NCBI RefSeq assembly: GCF_009914755.1
Contig: NC_060940.1
Reading direction: 5' to 3' (one strand)
Source: the human T2T-CHM13v2.0 reference genome, Homo sapiens
Length of the DNA: 64,000 nucleotides
Shown: piece by piece, positions 1 through 13,847 of the stretch
Layout of the letters: each line of letters begins with the position of its first letter
How positions within the stretch are numbered: position 1 is the stretch's first letter
Notes under the pieces: model-generated
Told to the model about the DNA's origin: nothing
Database searches by the model: none
What the model saw: the letters and a program-made list of their open reading frames with translations, nothing else
Made by a program: the position numbers and the translations under genes

Positions 1-249
1 TGCTGTGTTATAACATGGTGGGAAGACAAGAGAATGCATGAGACAGAGAGCAAATGGGGGCTGAACTTATCCTTTTATCAACAGCCTACTCCTATGACAA
101 CTAACTCACTCCTACAGTAATGGCATAAATCCATATGGCCTCTTCATTCATCCTAATCACCTCTTAAAGTTCCCTCCTTTCAGCACTGTCACAATGGCCA
201 TTAAATGCCAACATGAGTTTTGTTGAGGACACACATTCAAACCATAGCA
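1..249 (-). mobile_element. MaLR LTR fragment (MST/MLT1A-type), truncated by window edge
   Basis: Ends in CACATTCAAACCATAGCA, the reverse complement of the MST/MLT1A start TGCTATGGTTTGAATG; internal CCTAATCACCTCTTAAAG is typical of the family. Confidence 0.75.
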
Positions 250-752
250 GATATGAACCAATAAATTGTGGTTAAGGTAGTGAGTAGTGTCATATATTTA
301 TAAGGGACTTTCCACTGTAACCCTGTATATGTGAGGTATTTTGGTGAGGAGTAACTGGGATACCCCAAAGTAAGTTTCACACTGGAACAGGACTTTGTTT
401 CTTTTGTCACCAGTTTTTCTCCTAAGGTAGTTGAAGCTTACCTTGGTTATAATACAGTTGTTTGAGGTTAGGTATCAATGCCATGTGTGAAATAAAGTGT
501 GTGACTGACTTTTATCTGTATGTTTTCAAGATTGGTGGGCTTCTTGTGTTTTGGTGGCCTACCCCTTGCATGCCTGGTTATACTGAGGTGTTTAAACAGC
601 CTCAGACTTGCCTTCTTGGCTACTTTCAAGTTGCTGAGCATTTTCCAAAATTTCTTCTGATAACTGCAGTAAATCTTTTTCAGGAAGCGCCCATATCCCT
701 TATTATGTATGAAAAAAACTTCAATGTATCTGGCTTTTCAAGAAACAAATCC

Positions 753-1135
753 GGCTGGGCATGGTGGCTCACACCTGTAATCCTAGCACTTTGGGAGGCT
801 GAGGGGGGCAGATCACTTAAGGTCAGGAGTTAAAGACCAGCCTGGGCAACATGGTGAAACCCTGTTTCTACTAAAAATACAAAACTTAGCCAGGCGTGGT
901 GGTGCACGCCTGTGGTCACAGCTACTCAGGAAGCTGAGACACAAGAATTGCTTGAACCTGGGAGATGGAGGCTGCAATGAGCTGAGATTGTGCCACTGCA
1001 CTTCAGCCTCTGCGACAGAGCGAGACTCCATCTCAAAAAAAAAAAAAGAAAGGAAAGGAAAAGAAAAGAAAGGAAGAAAGGAAGGAAGGAAGGAAGAAAG
1101 AAGGAAAGAAAGAAAAAAGAAAGAAAGAGAAAGAA
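753..1135 (+). mobile_element. Full-length Alu (AluS-type) with a tail expanded into GA-rich repeat
   Basis: GGCTGGGCATGGTGGCTCACACCTGTAATCC start, A-rich linker, poly(A) then (GAAA/GGAA)n; imperfect TSD AAGAAACAAATC/AAGAAAAATC. Confidence 0.95.
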
Positions 1136-2340
1136 AAATCTGCTAGAATTTCTTCATCTTTGAAAATAAGTCTATTGGGAGAAAGTAAACACAATGAGTC
1201 TTGATGTAAATGAGATTATAGGGAGAGGTTTACTTGTTATAATGCTGGCATGTATTTCACAACTTCTGAGTAAATAAACTTGTTTTCAGGTAATCACCAT
1301 TGCAAAAATAAACATTTCCTAAGACACACCTGTGTATATCCTCAGGATTTAGGGGTTACATTTAAAAGATGGTAGCACCTTTGAAATTATTATGTCTCAG
1401 AGGAACTGCTTTTAAACAAGCTAGCCAGAATACGATTCATAATTATATGGTTGTAAAGTAAATATGACTCTGCTAAAAATGGACTTTCATCTCCATCCAT
1501 TTTAATATTTGTATATTTGTTAATAGAATCCTCAGAGCAAATATAAGTAATCTTTAGATATAACCCTTTCTTAGCAGCATATTATAGCTAACTCAGTGCC
1601 TTCTCTTCTGTGCATGCCAGCAGTCTTGCCTTTCCTTTGAAACTCCCTCATCTAATTGTCAATTAAGGCTTAGAGGCTCTTGGTGCCAGCTTAGAACATT
1701 TAGCCTATCAGCTGTAATTTTTAATCCTGATTTGTGTCTCTCATACTTATTGGCCAATTTTTCCTTACAATGACATTAACTTGTATCAATCCTAGTTTAT
1801 GGAGTATATTGTGAGTTTTCAAATTTTACTGAGAAGTTTAGATTGGGCTGCTGATTTTAATCCAGAAGTCTTTAGTATGAACATTTTGTACTCTTTTGCC
1901 CATATTACTCCATATTTCTGGAATATCTCACATTTCCAGAATGATTGAGCCAATTTATACTGCTACAGATAGTTTATGAGAGAGTTTTACACCTTCCTAT
2001 ACTGAATATTTGCCAGTTTAACAGACCTTGGTCATTACTAATTTTCTGGAGAATCAATTACTCAATTAGTACTTTGGGTCTAGAAGTGAAAGATGATTAT
2101 ATGTCCCTAAAATGTCTTTAATTATTAGTATCACTTAATATTTGTACTTATTTACATTTTTTCTTATATCAATTGCCTATTCACGATCTTTGCTTTTTTT
2201 CATTTTAGAATTAGGATTTTTAAAAAATGACTTTAAAAAGCTCTTTTTATAGTAAGAATAGTAATCTAATTTATTTCATGGTGATTCTAAGCTTTACGGA
2301 TTTCTTTTATAAGTCTTTGAAATAGTTTGTATAACATGAG

Positions 2341-2799
2341 TGTATTAGTCAAGGTTCAGCAAGGAAGCAGAACCAATAAGATATACATATTTTTATATAT
2401 ATAGATGTAGATAGATATAAATGTATAAGAAGATACTTATTATGGGATCTGGCTCGTGTGATTATGAAGGATGAGAAGTTCCATGATGTGCCATCTGCAA
2501 GCTGGAGACTCAGGAGAAAGCCAGTGATGTAATTCAGTCCAAGTCCGAAGGCCTGAGATCCAGAAACTCCAGTATCCAAGAGCAGGAGATGAATGTCCCC
2601 ACTTGAAGACAGAGAGAATTTGCCCTTCCTCTGACTTTTTGTTCTATTTAGGTCCTTCCACACTGATGATGGATTTTTTTTTTTTTTTTTTTTACTCAGT
2701 CTACTGATTAAAATGTGAATTTCCTCCCAAAACACACCAAAAACAATATCTGGGCATCACTTAGCCCAGTCAAGTTGAAACATAAAATTAACCATCACG
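2341..2799 (-). mobile_element. MLT2-family (ERVL) solo LTR
   Basis: TGTATTAGTC...GAACCAATAAGATATA at one end and CAAGTTGAAACATAAAATTAACCATCAC at the other; 5-bp TSD ATGAG/ATGGG. Confidence 0.85.
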
Positions 2800-2899
2800 A
2801 TGGGCAACTCAAAAGTAAAAATTATTCCACATCTTCTCCATTGTGGCTAATCTGCTGGCTCTAACCCTTATTTTATACAGAGACCAGGTAGAAATTTTA

Positions 2900-3105
2900 A
2901 TTCAGTGTGGTGTTGCGGAAAAAGCTTGAAGTTTGGAGTTTAAAAAAATCCTGCATTTACTTCATAGCTCCACCACTTTCTGTTTTGAGTAAGATATTTA
3001 AGTCTCACAGTATCAGTTTTCTTAGATACAAGCTAAAAATAATGCCAGTGGCTGCAATGCTGGATTATTGGATCAAATTATATAAACCACATGAAAATGC
3101 TTCAT
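2900..3105 (+). mobile_element. MIR SINE relic
   Basis: Degenerate MIR core (TTGAGTAAGATATTTAAGTCTC...TCAGTTTTCTT...AAAAT). Confidence 0.55.
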
Positions 3106-3670
3106 AACTTGCTCTGAATCTAATTCTTGATGGTCAGTCCTTCTGAGCTTCACTTTCAGCTGCCAGGATTCACAACACAATTGACTTGGATGAAAGTTAA
3201 AGAAGTAGACAAATTATTTTGAAATGAGCAGAAATTTCAGTAGTTTCTTTGTGAGCAGTGACAGAAAGGCATTTCTCATTTTTATAAAAATAATAATCTT
3301 GTAAGTTAAATGGCTAAAGAAAAGGATGGCAGTCTGAGGATTTACTCAGTACTGTGAAATTGGCCCAGCAGAGGAGATTCAGTCAGTGACAGTGGGCAGA
3401 AATATTACTTTCACTTCTCAGACAACACTAACTTGTCACTAATGACGCCTATACTTCATTATTACTAATGTCCAAAGAGAGTCATGTCGAATAGGGTTTA
3501 GTCCCTCTCTTGATTCATCCCTATGAAACACTTCAGAGAAAAACTGATTCCTGACCAATGAAACATAAAATGAAAACCCTCTACATTTATTCTAAAGTCA
3601 GCATGGATTAGTGGAAATGAACACTAAATTATGTCAAGAAACTTAAGAATATAAGATGTCTCCCTCCGTC

Positions 3671-3971
3671 TTTTTTTTTTTCTTTTTTTTTGAGATGGAG
3701 TCTTGCTCTTTCACCCAGGCTGGAGTGCAGTGGTGTGATCTTGGCTCACTGCAACCTCCGCCACCTAGGTTCAAGCAATTCTCCTGCCCCAGCCTCCTGA
3801 GTAGCTGTGACTCAGGCACATGCCACCACCCCCAGCTAATTTTTGTATTTTTAGTAGAGACAGGTTTTGCCATGTTGACCAGGCTGGTCTTGAACTCCTG
3901 ACCTAAAGTAATACACCTGCCTCAGCCTCCCAAAGTGCTGGGATTACAGGAGTGAGCCACTGCATCTGGCC
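3671..3971 (-). mobile_element. Full-length Alu (AluS-type)
   Basis: Poly(T), GAGATGGAGTCTTGCTC...GAGCCACTGCATCTGGCC; TSD TAAGATGTCTCC/TAAGAGGTCTCC. Confidence 0.95.
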
Positions 3972-4933
3972 TAAGAGGTCTCCTTTTTAAAGAGCATTTT
4001 AGTTCATCATTTAATCTTTCTGAGCCTTAGTTTTCTAATCTTTCCCAATAACTTTATAGATATGCCATGCTAATTGGATAAGAACATGTATTCAAAAGCT
4101 CTTTGCAAGCTGTAATCATGTCATAAATGTAACCACAATAAACATAACTTTAAACATAAAGAATATTATTATCTGGATAGGTAATGGCAGAACAGTAATT
4201 GAGAGAAGTTTAAGAAAATGGAAAAGGAATGTTCTCTGTGTATTAAGACTTTCCACCAGCTTTGCTCCTGTAATTTAGGTATGCTTCCATCAGGTGGTGA
4301 TAGTGGGCTATGCTCATTTGATCTGAGTAGCAGGGTAGATCTGGTAGAGGAGCCAACCTTATAATTCACTGTGAATCCTAACTTGGTATCCAGACCTCCA
4401 GGACTAACTCAGATTTCCATCAAACAGGCAAGATTGTCACCAAAGCCTCCAAATAACCCCCTTTCCAGGTTTTTTTCTTTCCCCTCAGCTGTATCTCAGC
4501 CTTGAGCGCACTTGAGATTTTCCTTCACATTTTCACTATCTGTCTTTCCTTCTTAACCTCTTTTCAGAGACCACGCAATCAAACCTTTCAGGAAAAAGAA
4601 AAATAGAAGAGCCACTGCTTACATAGAAAACAGCATTTCCTCCTCCCTACAGTGTCAAAAGCATTATTTCTTCTCTTTTACCCATCTGAAGAGAAGTTTC
4701 CCCTTTACTTGCCTCAGTCTTTTTCACTACTCCAGTCACCTTTCCCAGCAAACTTAGTATTCATAGAAGAGACTGTTCATACAGTAAATATTTCAGTGAT
4801 AGTTTCTTTTAGCAGTAGACTTTGGTTACACTCTTCCAGGAAGATTTATTTGGAAATACATTCCTTAAAGGATTACAATCACTTTGGGGACATTTATAGC
4901 TGAATTAAACATACACTTTATAAAAAGTCATGT

Positions 4934-4967
4934 CAAAAACTGCAATTACTTTTGCACCGACTGAATA
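4934..4967 (+). mobile_element. MADE1/Hsmar1 mariner terminal inverted repeat (single arm)
   Basis: CAAAAACTGCAATTACTTTTGCACCGAC matches the MADE1 arm CAAAAACCGCAATTACTTTTGCACCAAC. Confidence 0.8.
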
Positions 4968-4989
4968 ATTTCTGCATCACTTAGTAGGA

Positions 4990-5828
4990 CTGAGTTCGGT
5001 TGCCTGTATTAGGAAACTAAAATTAAAACTGATTTAAAAAGAGAAGTTTGTATATATATATATATATTTTTTATTATACTTTAAGTTCTAGGGTACATGT
5101 GTACAACGTGCAGGTTTGTTACATATGTATACATGTGCCATGTTGGTGTGCTGCACCCATTAACTCATCATTTAACATTAGGTATATCTCCTAATGCTAT
5201 CCCTCCCCCCTACCCCCACCCCACAACAGGCCCCGGTGTGTGATGTTCCCCTTCCTGTGTCCAAGTGTTCTCATTGTTCATTTCCCACCTATGAGTGAGA
5301 ACATGCGGTATTTGGTTTTTTGTCCTTGCAATAGTTTGCTGAGAATGATGGTTTCAAAAAAAAAAAAAAAGAGAAGTTTATTTCTCTTCAATGTAAAACA
5401 AAGTCTGGAGGAAGCCTCTCAAGTCTATAAAGTCAACTTCATGATTGACCCAGCTCCTTGTATCTTTCTGGTAATATAAGCCATTGGCTTTTAGCATCAA
5501 GGCCACTTCATGGTCAAAGATGCCTGCTGGGTCTCTAATCGTCATGCCTGTATTTGAGGCAGGAAGATGGAGGAAGAAAGGAAGGGAAAGGAGGCAGATG
5601 TCTCAGCTGAAGTAACTTCTTTTACAAAGCTTTCTTGGAAGCTCAACCCAACATTTCCATCTACATTTCATTGACTAGAACATAATCATATGGCCACATG
5701 TAGCCTCAAGGAAGGTGGGGCAGAGTAGTTTTTTATAAATGCACTGCTACCTCAAATAAAATCAGATTTCATTGTTAGTGAAGGAGGGAAAAATAGACAA
5801 TTTTTGGCAACTGGCAATCTCTGCTGTA
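4990..5828 (-). mobile_element. Old MLT1-family (MLT1K/L-like) LTR interrupted by an L1 insertion
   Basis: GAAGTTTATTTCTC, CATATGGCCACA...AAGGAAGG and terminal GGCAACTGGCAATCTCTGC resemble the MLT1J-L consensus. Confidence 0.55.
5050..5365 (-). mobile_element. L1PA (primate) 3'-end fragment, inverted relative to its poly(A) and TSDs
   Basis: TTATTATACTTTAAGTTCTAGGGTACATGTG...GAGAATGATGGTTTC is the antisense L1PA 3'UTR; followed by A15; TSD AAAAAGAGAAGTTT at 5036-5049 and 5366-5379. Confidence 0.92.
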
Positions 5829-5829
5829 G

Positions 5830-6157
5830 TTCTTTTTTTCTTTTTCTTTTCTTTTCTTTTTTCTTTCTTTCTTTTTTTTTTTTTTTTTTTTTGAGACAGG
5901 GTCTCACTCTGTTGCCCAGGCTAGAGTGCAGTGGTGCAATTTTGGCTCACTCCCAGGCTCAAGTGATCCTCCCACTTCAGCCTCCTGAGTAGCTGGAACT
6001 ACAGGTGTGCACCGCCATACCTGGCAAATTTTTTATTTTTTAATTTTTTGTCTCACTATGTTGTCTAGGCTGGTCTCGAGCTCCTGGGCTCAAGCAATCT
6101 TCCTGCCTTGGCCTCCCAAAGTGCTGAGATTACAGGTGTGAGCTACTGCACCCGGCC
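5830..6157 (-). mobile_element. Alu (AluJ-type)
   Basis: T-rich tail, GAGACAGGGTCTCACTCTG, J-type GGCTCAAGTGATCCTCCCAC. Confidence 0.92.
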
Positions 6158-6597
6158 GCTACCTCAGTTGTATACCACATCCCTTGATGTAGTGTTTTTA
6201 AGCTAAATAAGTCTTCTAGTCATCTTTTTTAGCTGATTCTATTTCACATTTCTCCCTGAGTGTTCCTCCCTTAGAGAACATTCTGTAAGTTTTCCAGATG
6301 TAGGAGGGACAGTAATGTGATTGGTCAAAGTTTAGGTCTTTGCTGGTGGATAGACTCATTGTACATTAAACTACCAATGTATGATTATGGTACTCTCCTT
6401 CTTCCTGTCTTCCTGCATCTGAGAGAGAAGCTGATCCAAGGGTCTGAATCGTTTTCATTTCCTTGATTTTCTTACCTTATATATGGGGATAAAATAGATA
6501 AAATTGCCCAAGGAGAAAAGGAGAAGAGGACATCAATGTTTAAAGAATAGGCTGAGGAAGATCATATACCAAAGTACAAAAGATGGAGAAATATCAG

Positions 6598-6950
6598 TGA
6601 TATGGTTTGGCTGTGTCCCCACCCAAATCTCATCTTGAATTGTAGTTCCCACAATTCCTATGTGTCATGGGAGGGCCCTGGTGGGAGGTAACTGAGTCAT
6701 GGGAGTGGGTCTTTCCCATGCTGTTCTGGTGAAAGTGAATACGTGTCATGAGATCTAATGGTTTTATAAGGGGGAGTTTCCCTGCACAAGCTCTCTGTTG
6801 CCTGCTGCCATATAAGATGTCCTTTGCTCTTCTACCATGATTGTGAGGCCTCCAGCCATGTGGAACTGTGAGTCCATTAAATCTCTTTCCTTTATAAATT
6901 ACCCAATCTTGGCTATGTCTTTATCAGCAGTGTGAAAATGGGCTAATACA
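6598..6950 (+). mobile_element. THE1 (THE1B/C-like) solo LTR
   Basis: TGATATGGTTTGGCTGTGTCCCCACCCAAATCTC...CTAATACA; perfect 5-bp TSD ATCAG at 6593-6597 and 6951-6955. Confidence 0.95.
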
Positions 6951-7870
6951 ATCAGCTTCCTCTAATCCAGTATATAAAATCAAGAATTTAGAACCTGTGA
7001 GATTTGCCATAGGACATCATGAAATCTGGTTAATGGCCTTTTGGAATGCTATGAGTGACATAAACACTCTTATGACAAAGGTCAAAGTTTGCACACTGTC
7101 TCTGCACCACTTCCACTATTCTGTCATCAGGTGGACACTGTGCTGTTTTGGGAAGGGAGCTTTGGAAGTTGCTGTGATTTTGGCAGTAATGAAGTATTTT
7201 TGATAGCTTTCCTCTGGTGCAGGTTTGCTCCAGGATTTTATCTGTCTTCTGTGTTATGGGGCCCACCGTGGCCAATATAATCTTCTAAGATTCTGTTGCC
7301 ATGAGTTCTCTGTCTGAGTTATGCTGTCCTGGGATTCCAGTGATCATGGACAAAGTGTATGTTTAATAGTGTAACATGTCTAAATTGGTTGTCCACTGAA
7401 ACTAAAATTCAACATCCCAACACAAAATCATTTATTCCAAGTGTATCTCTCCTTTTGTTTTCTTTCTTTCTTCATGTCAATGAAGATCAAAGCCTTACTA
7501 TTATATTCAATGCCTTTCCCTCACCCTGTTGACCCAAGCTGCATCTCATCAGCTGCCTACTGAACCCTTTCAATATCTCGGTATTTATTCCTGCATCTCC
7601 ATTCCTTCTTCTACTACCCTAGACTAGGTTTTCATAATTCTCACCTAGGTTAATGTGGCAGCTACTTAGGTAGTGGTAGCCTGGGATGGAAAAAAGCTGA
7701 TTATTTTGGTGAGCATGTCAGTGACAGAAAAATTTATATTACAGAAGGGCAGGAAGGTAATGATAAAACCTAGGGCTTCAGGGGTTTTCTCAAGTATTGG
7801 AATAAATCACGGTATATGTGCCACCAGTGCAGATCATTTCAGGTAATAGAGAATCACAAAGTAAGAAAGC

Positions 7871-7878
7871 ATATATAT

Positions 7879-7913
<35 letters not shown>

Positions 7914-7914
7914 A
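7871..7914. repeat. (AT)n microsatellite
   Basis: Directly visible, with one interruption. Confidence 0.9.
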
Positions 7915-8788
7915 ATCTCTTTTTAATTTTTTTAAAATCAATGTAATTCCTGTAAATAATTTAATTGTGCAATCCTGCAAACATTTTAACAAAGATCAGC
8001 AGTCACTGACCACCTCTACCTGACCTTTGAATCCAGTTCCCAAGAGGCAACCATTTTCAACACTCAGCTTTTCTGATATTTATCCTCATATTTGTAAATC
8101 ATATACTTATTTTGCCATTTCTTGATTTAAATAAATTTCTAATTAAAAAAGTTCTTTGACCTCCTACTATGGGACATGAGAATTAGCTTTTTTAATATTA
8201 CTCCAATCCCCACCCCATTGCATTCTTCTTCCTCTTCCGTCAGTCTCTCAATACAGTTATATCACAATTTTAAGTTAAATAGTTTTACATTATTATGATT
8301 ATGAAAATACTGTTCTCAGATGAACCATAAGGTGTCCTATGACCATAGCTCCTTTCTTTTTATTTTTCCAGGAGTTAATAATTGCCTCTTTTTTTGTTGG
8401 TTGGCTTATTTTTCTATATATGTATTGATTCCCAAATTATCCAATAAAACTCTCAAAACTCAGTGTCATCAACTGTGTTAGATGAGTTTTCAGATTCATG
8501 TGTGTGTGTGTGCATGTGTGTGTCCCCAGGAATTCTCCATCTCCTGCTCCAGTTTTGAGTGTCACTCCTTGGGCCATCTATACAGATGTTATCCTGGAAC
8601 TTCACCCTGCAAACTTTCTTGCCCTGTTCTTTTGATCATGTGTTTCCTGGGCTTTATGTCTTTGTTTTCCTTGTTATTACCTTTAGTGGCTTCTGCGATA
8701 ATGTGAGGGGAAGCTAAGTGTTTTGTGACCCTGAATATCTACAACTGACTTTATTATGCTCTCACAAATAACTTTCTAGTTTGGCTAG

Positions 8789-9233
<445 letters not shown>

Positions 9234-10199
9234 TTTTTTATTCATTATTCTGAAATACCATCAAAACCTGCTTTGGTATGGGTCTTCATTCATGGTGATG
9301 GGTCCTAAGAGGGTAATTCTAAAAAACTCAAGTCCTTCAATTATTGGGAAATTTATTTATTTATTTATTAGTAATATCCTGCCTCATGTTTCTTCTATCT
9401 GGAAATGCTTTCAGGTGAAATATGCATTTTTTTCCCTACATTGATATGTACCAATGCCAACAGCATACAGATACATGCTTTATACTTCTCAAGATCCCAA
9501 GAAAGTATCAGAAGGGCTCTGAGATAAATCATGGAGCACACACTGAGCAATGTGCATTGGGATAGCTGGATTTGGTAGGGAATTTTAAAAGCTGACAAAC
9601 CCCATAGTTCTCAGGGAGGTCTTCCACCCATCTACCTCTCTGACTTGGACTTGTTTATACTCTGGAGACACATATTATTAGACAATGGTCAATCAGAGCT
9701 CATCCAGCAGGTTAGCTCTCAATGGATAGGACCTTGTTAGATGTGGTGATGACATTTGGATTTCTGCAGTCATTACTGTTGTGCCTCTGAGTTTCTCATA
9801 TGTGTGACTCCACCTGAAATGAGTTTCCCAGTTGAGCTTATCCTCCAGCATCACTCTATAAAAATCCACTTAAACTCCTGACTCAGGATCCTCCTCTAGG
9901 ACTTCAACTATAGGGTCCTGGTTTCCAGAGGGCATGCATATTCAAACCTTGAGAACTGACCAGGCCCCAACACATAGAAGAAATGCATGAGGCTCAGAGT
10001 CAGTGGGTGACTGTTTTCCCGTTGCCTTGACCCTGGGGTAGGATGGGTCACATTCTGGAGTAGGTGAAAGCATAACATCTCCTTTCTCACACTCCTGCAA
10101 GGGAAGCCTCTTAGGGAAAGTTGGGGATGGGTCAATCTTATTGGAATCAATTTCCCACCCCTTTTAGACTTTGTGTTAGTTAGAAGTCATGAATTTCTT

Positions 10200-10450
10200 T
10201 CCAGGGATAAAATGCAGCTTGCAAATGTATTTTGTTTGGCTTGTATAATGTTCAAAACAGTTGGCAACATTTTAAAATGGGAAACTTCACACACAAATTT
10301 GGATTCCTAGCCTTGTTTCTGCATGGCAACAATTAGTTAGGGTTCAGTAGTGGCTGTCCCCCTTTGCGTGAGGCACGTGGTCTCCAGCTGGCCCACTTCA
10401 CTCTTTTAGATTACTGCCTGCATTCTATGGGCATTTGAGCTTGTGTTCCT
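10200..10450 (-). mobile_element. hAT-Charlie MITE relic (MER102-like)
   Basis: TGTATTTTGTTTGGC...CTGCATGGCAACAAT...GGGCATTTGAGCTTGTG resembles the MER102 terminus. Confidence 0.55.
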
Positions 10451-11721
10451 ACGTCCTTGCTTTAACCTATCATAACATGTGTACAGCAAATCACTGAAAC
10501 TGAGTCTGGGCTATCCCAAAGATTTTGCAGCTGTGTCCAGGCTTTTCTGCATAGTCTCTGACTCTTTCCTATCCTTGACTTTATCTGTGGTTTGTAGGTT
10601 TGCTCTAGCTCTGTGGGTGGGGCATTCACACCTGGTATCTCTGTATTGACTTCCAGTTCTCTCTAAATTTACTGGCCTTCATAAACACCCAGGGTCTTCT
10701 CACTCCAAGCCACCTTCAGTAGGTAAAGTATTCTGTCTGAGTTTAGCTCCTCCGGACATAACATTTTGTATTGGTCTGTTAGGTTGGCATCCAGTTTGGG
10801 TCTGCTTTGGTTCATCAGAAAGGGAAATTCAGGCAAGAAATCTATTAAAGGAGAACCCATGTAAATCCAGGACCCTATCGTCGATATCCCGGGGGAAGAT
10901 CCTGAGCTAGGAGTTCAAGTGGTTTCTGATAGAGTGACCCTGGAGGCTGAGCTCACCTGGGAAGCTCATCTCAGGTGGGGTCACACATGTGGCTTTTATA
11001 AGGATTGGCCAGAGGGGCCCAGTGGAGATAGGAGTGTGGCAAAAAAGGAGTTGGGTGACAAATTAGACTCTAACTGGACCCAGAAAAGAAAAAGGGCTTT
11101 GTCTGCTGATAAGGTTGAAGGTTAGGGTCTTGTCCAGGAAGGCCAGCTCCCGCCAAATTCTGAGTGAAGCTAGTTGTTAGCATTGTGTGGCAGCCCAGGT
11201 CTTCAAGGGATAATACTATCACAGGCCCTTTTGTGTTTTGGAGTGTCTGATTTTCATAGAAAATCGTCATATATTTATGTAGAAGCAGATTGGCAAGTAT
11301 CTTCGATATCTGGCCTAATCCTATACATTTCACAGTATAGTCGTAGCGTAATTTGTAAAACTAATTCATGTGTATTATAATTCTATAAAAGTTAAAAGCC
11401 CCCACCCAATGATAACTACATTACCATTTTTATATTCCTCACAGTATGCTTTCTATGCAAATAAGCATTGATTTGTTTTATTTGATTATTTTACAAAAGA
11501 GAAATCATACTGTATTTAGGTTTGTATTTTGCTCTTATTCTGATAGTATGCGAGCATTTGTCCAAGTTATCAAATATTTTTAAAAATATGTCTTAATGCC
11601 TGCATATTTTGTCACTTGGATCTAAAGTAACATGTTTAATCACATCCTCATTGTTAGATGTTTAGATTATTTTTGTTTTTTTCACTAATAAAAATAATTC
11701 TGGGATGAGAATCCTTCTATC

Positions 11722-11723
<2 letters not shown>

Positions 11724-11756
<33 letters not shown>

Positions 11757-12036
11757 CACAGAGTCTTGCTCTGTTTCACAGACTGGAGTGCAGTGGTTCA
11801 AACATACCTCATTGCAGCCTCTGCTTTCTGGGCTCAAGAGATCCTCCCACTTCGGCCTCCTGAATAGCTGGGACTACAGCAAATGCTACCATGTGCAGCT
11901 AATAATTAAATTTTATTGTGGAGAAGGGAGCCTGTTGTGTTGCTCAGGCTGGTCTTGAACTCATGGCCTCAAGCAATCCTCCTCCCTTGGACTCCCAAAA
12001 CCTTGGGATTACAGGCGTGAGCCACTGTGCCCAGCC
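11724..12036 (-). mobile_element. Alu (AluJ-type)
   Basis: T29 tail, diverged dimer, short TSD TATCA. Confidence 0.92.
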
Positions 12037-13326
12037 TATCATAAATCTTTGATACTCTCTGAAAGTTACTTTAGGTTAAGTTCTTAGGAAAGTAACCAGG
12101 GAACTCTTACGGGGGTTAAGAACTTTTTCAGTTTATTTGCTTAGATTTTCCAGGTGGATAATCACGTATGCGAATAATGAGAGATGTTACCACTTGCTTT
12201 TCAATAATTATACCCTTTATTTATTTATATTTCTTGTCTTATTGCATTGGCCAGACATTTCAAAGCAATTTAAAATAATTAGGTCATTGTGGGTATCCTT
12301 ATTTTGTTTCCGATTTTTAATGGAAAAGCTTTGTGTTATACTGCCACATTGCATATGCTTATATTTTATTTAGGGATTTTGCATTTATATTCATAGATAA
12401 AATTGGTCTGTAGTTTTCTTTGTCAGGTTTTGTAATAGGGTTATGCTAGCTTTCTGAAATATAATAGGTTTCTCTTCTGCACAGACATTTTCTGTGTCAG
12501 GAGGAGATAGCAATTTCCAACAGGCAAACATGCTGGATATTTGACAGGCCAGTTGGGTTGTTTTCTTTCAAAGATGCAGACAGAAGATCCATAATTGAAT
12601 TCCCACACTCAGCTCAAACTGGTTATCCTGTCAGGGAGCTGGCATGTAAAATGATGTGCAATTGCTTCAATTACAAGAATTGAAGCATTTAGACAATTCT
12701 CCCTCTTCTGTTTGAGATGCAGGCTCTGCCTCTGAGTTTAAAGCTGTCAGGAGTCCAATTTAGTCACTTTCAGACTCCAGGAGTTTTCTGTGGGCCATCG
12801 CTGGTCCTGTTTCTGCAACAGTGCTAATGCATCAACTGTCATCCCTGTGTAGAGACCTTGCTCCCCATCATACACTTTTGTGCCAGCCCCTTTGCTAGGA
12901 GACTTGACACTGTGTTGGTGGGAAAGATGCTTGACAGTCAAACTCATCTTGTTGCAGGATCTGGAGAGTTGACCCTTAGTGCTCCTCTCTGGTGGCTCTC
13001 CAAATTCCAGGTCAGATCCGGCAGGGCTGAGCTCTACTGATTTGCTCAGTGCAGGTATTAGGTCAGCAGTAGAGATGCAGAATGTGACCAGTTTAACGAT
13101 CAGTTTGCCCATGATTGTTAAGGCTTTGTCCTACGTATCTCAGGAATCCATCCTTTCCCCCGTCCATCCTCGCTGCTCTTACCAGGATTGTCGCAAATAA
13201 CACCACAATTGGTCTTAACTGTTTCTAGTCTTTCCCTTGATCCAGTGTCTCCATCCTCAGGCCTGCCACATGATGTTTCTCAATTATCAGTGAGCCAACT
13301 AATAACCTGATTTGATTAACTCTTCA

Positions 13327-13655
<329 letters not shown>

Positions 13656-13847
13656 TCAGATAAAGTTGAAACTGTTTGGCATGGCTTATAAAGCAAATCT
13701 GAAGTACCCTTGTCTTTTCTTCTCAGGCCTGACTTTCTTCTTTTGCCCTTTATGTAGTTCAGCTTCACAGTGATTCTATTTATTCCATGCACCATTCTCT
13801 CTCCATGCTTTCCTCTGTCTGAACAGCTACTATCTGGTTAACATCTG

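Noticed and set aside
12747-13200. Overlapping ORFs in non-repeat sequence as a possible exon
   Set aside because: No recognisable protein similarity or convincing splice-site pair; cannot be supported without transcript data.
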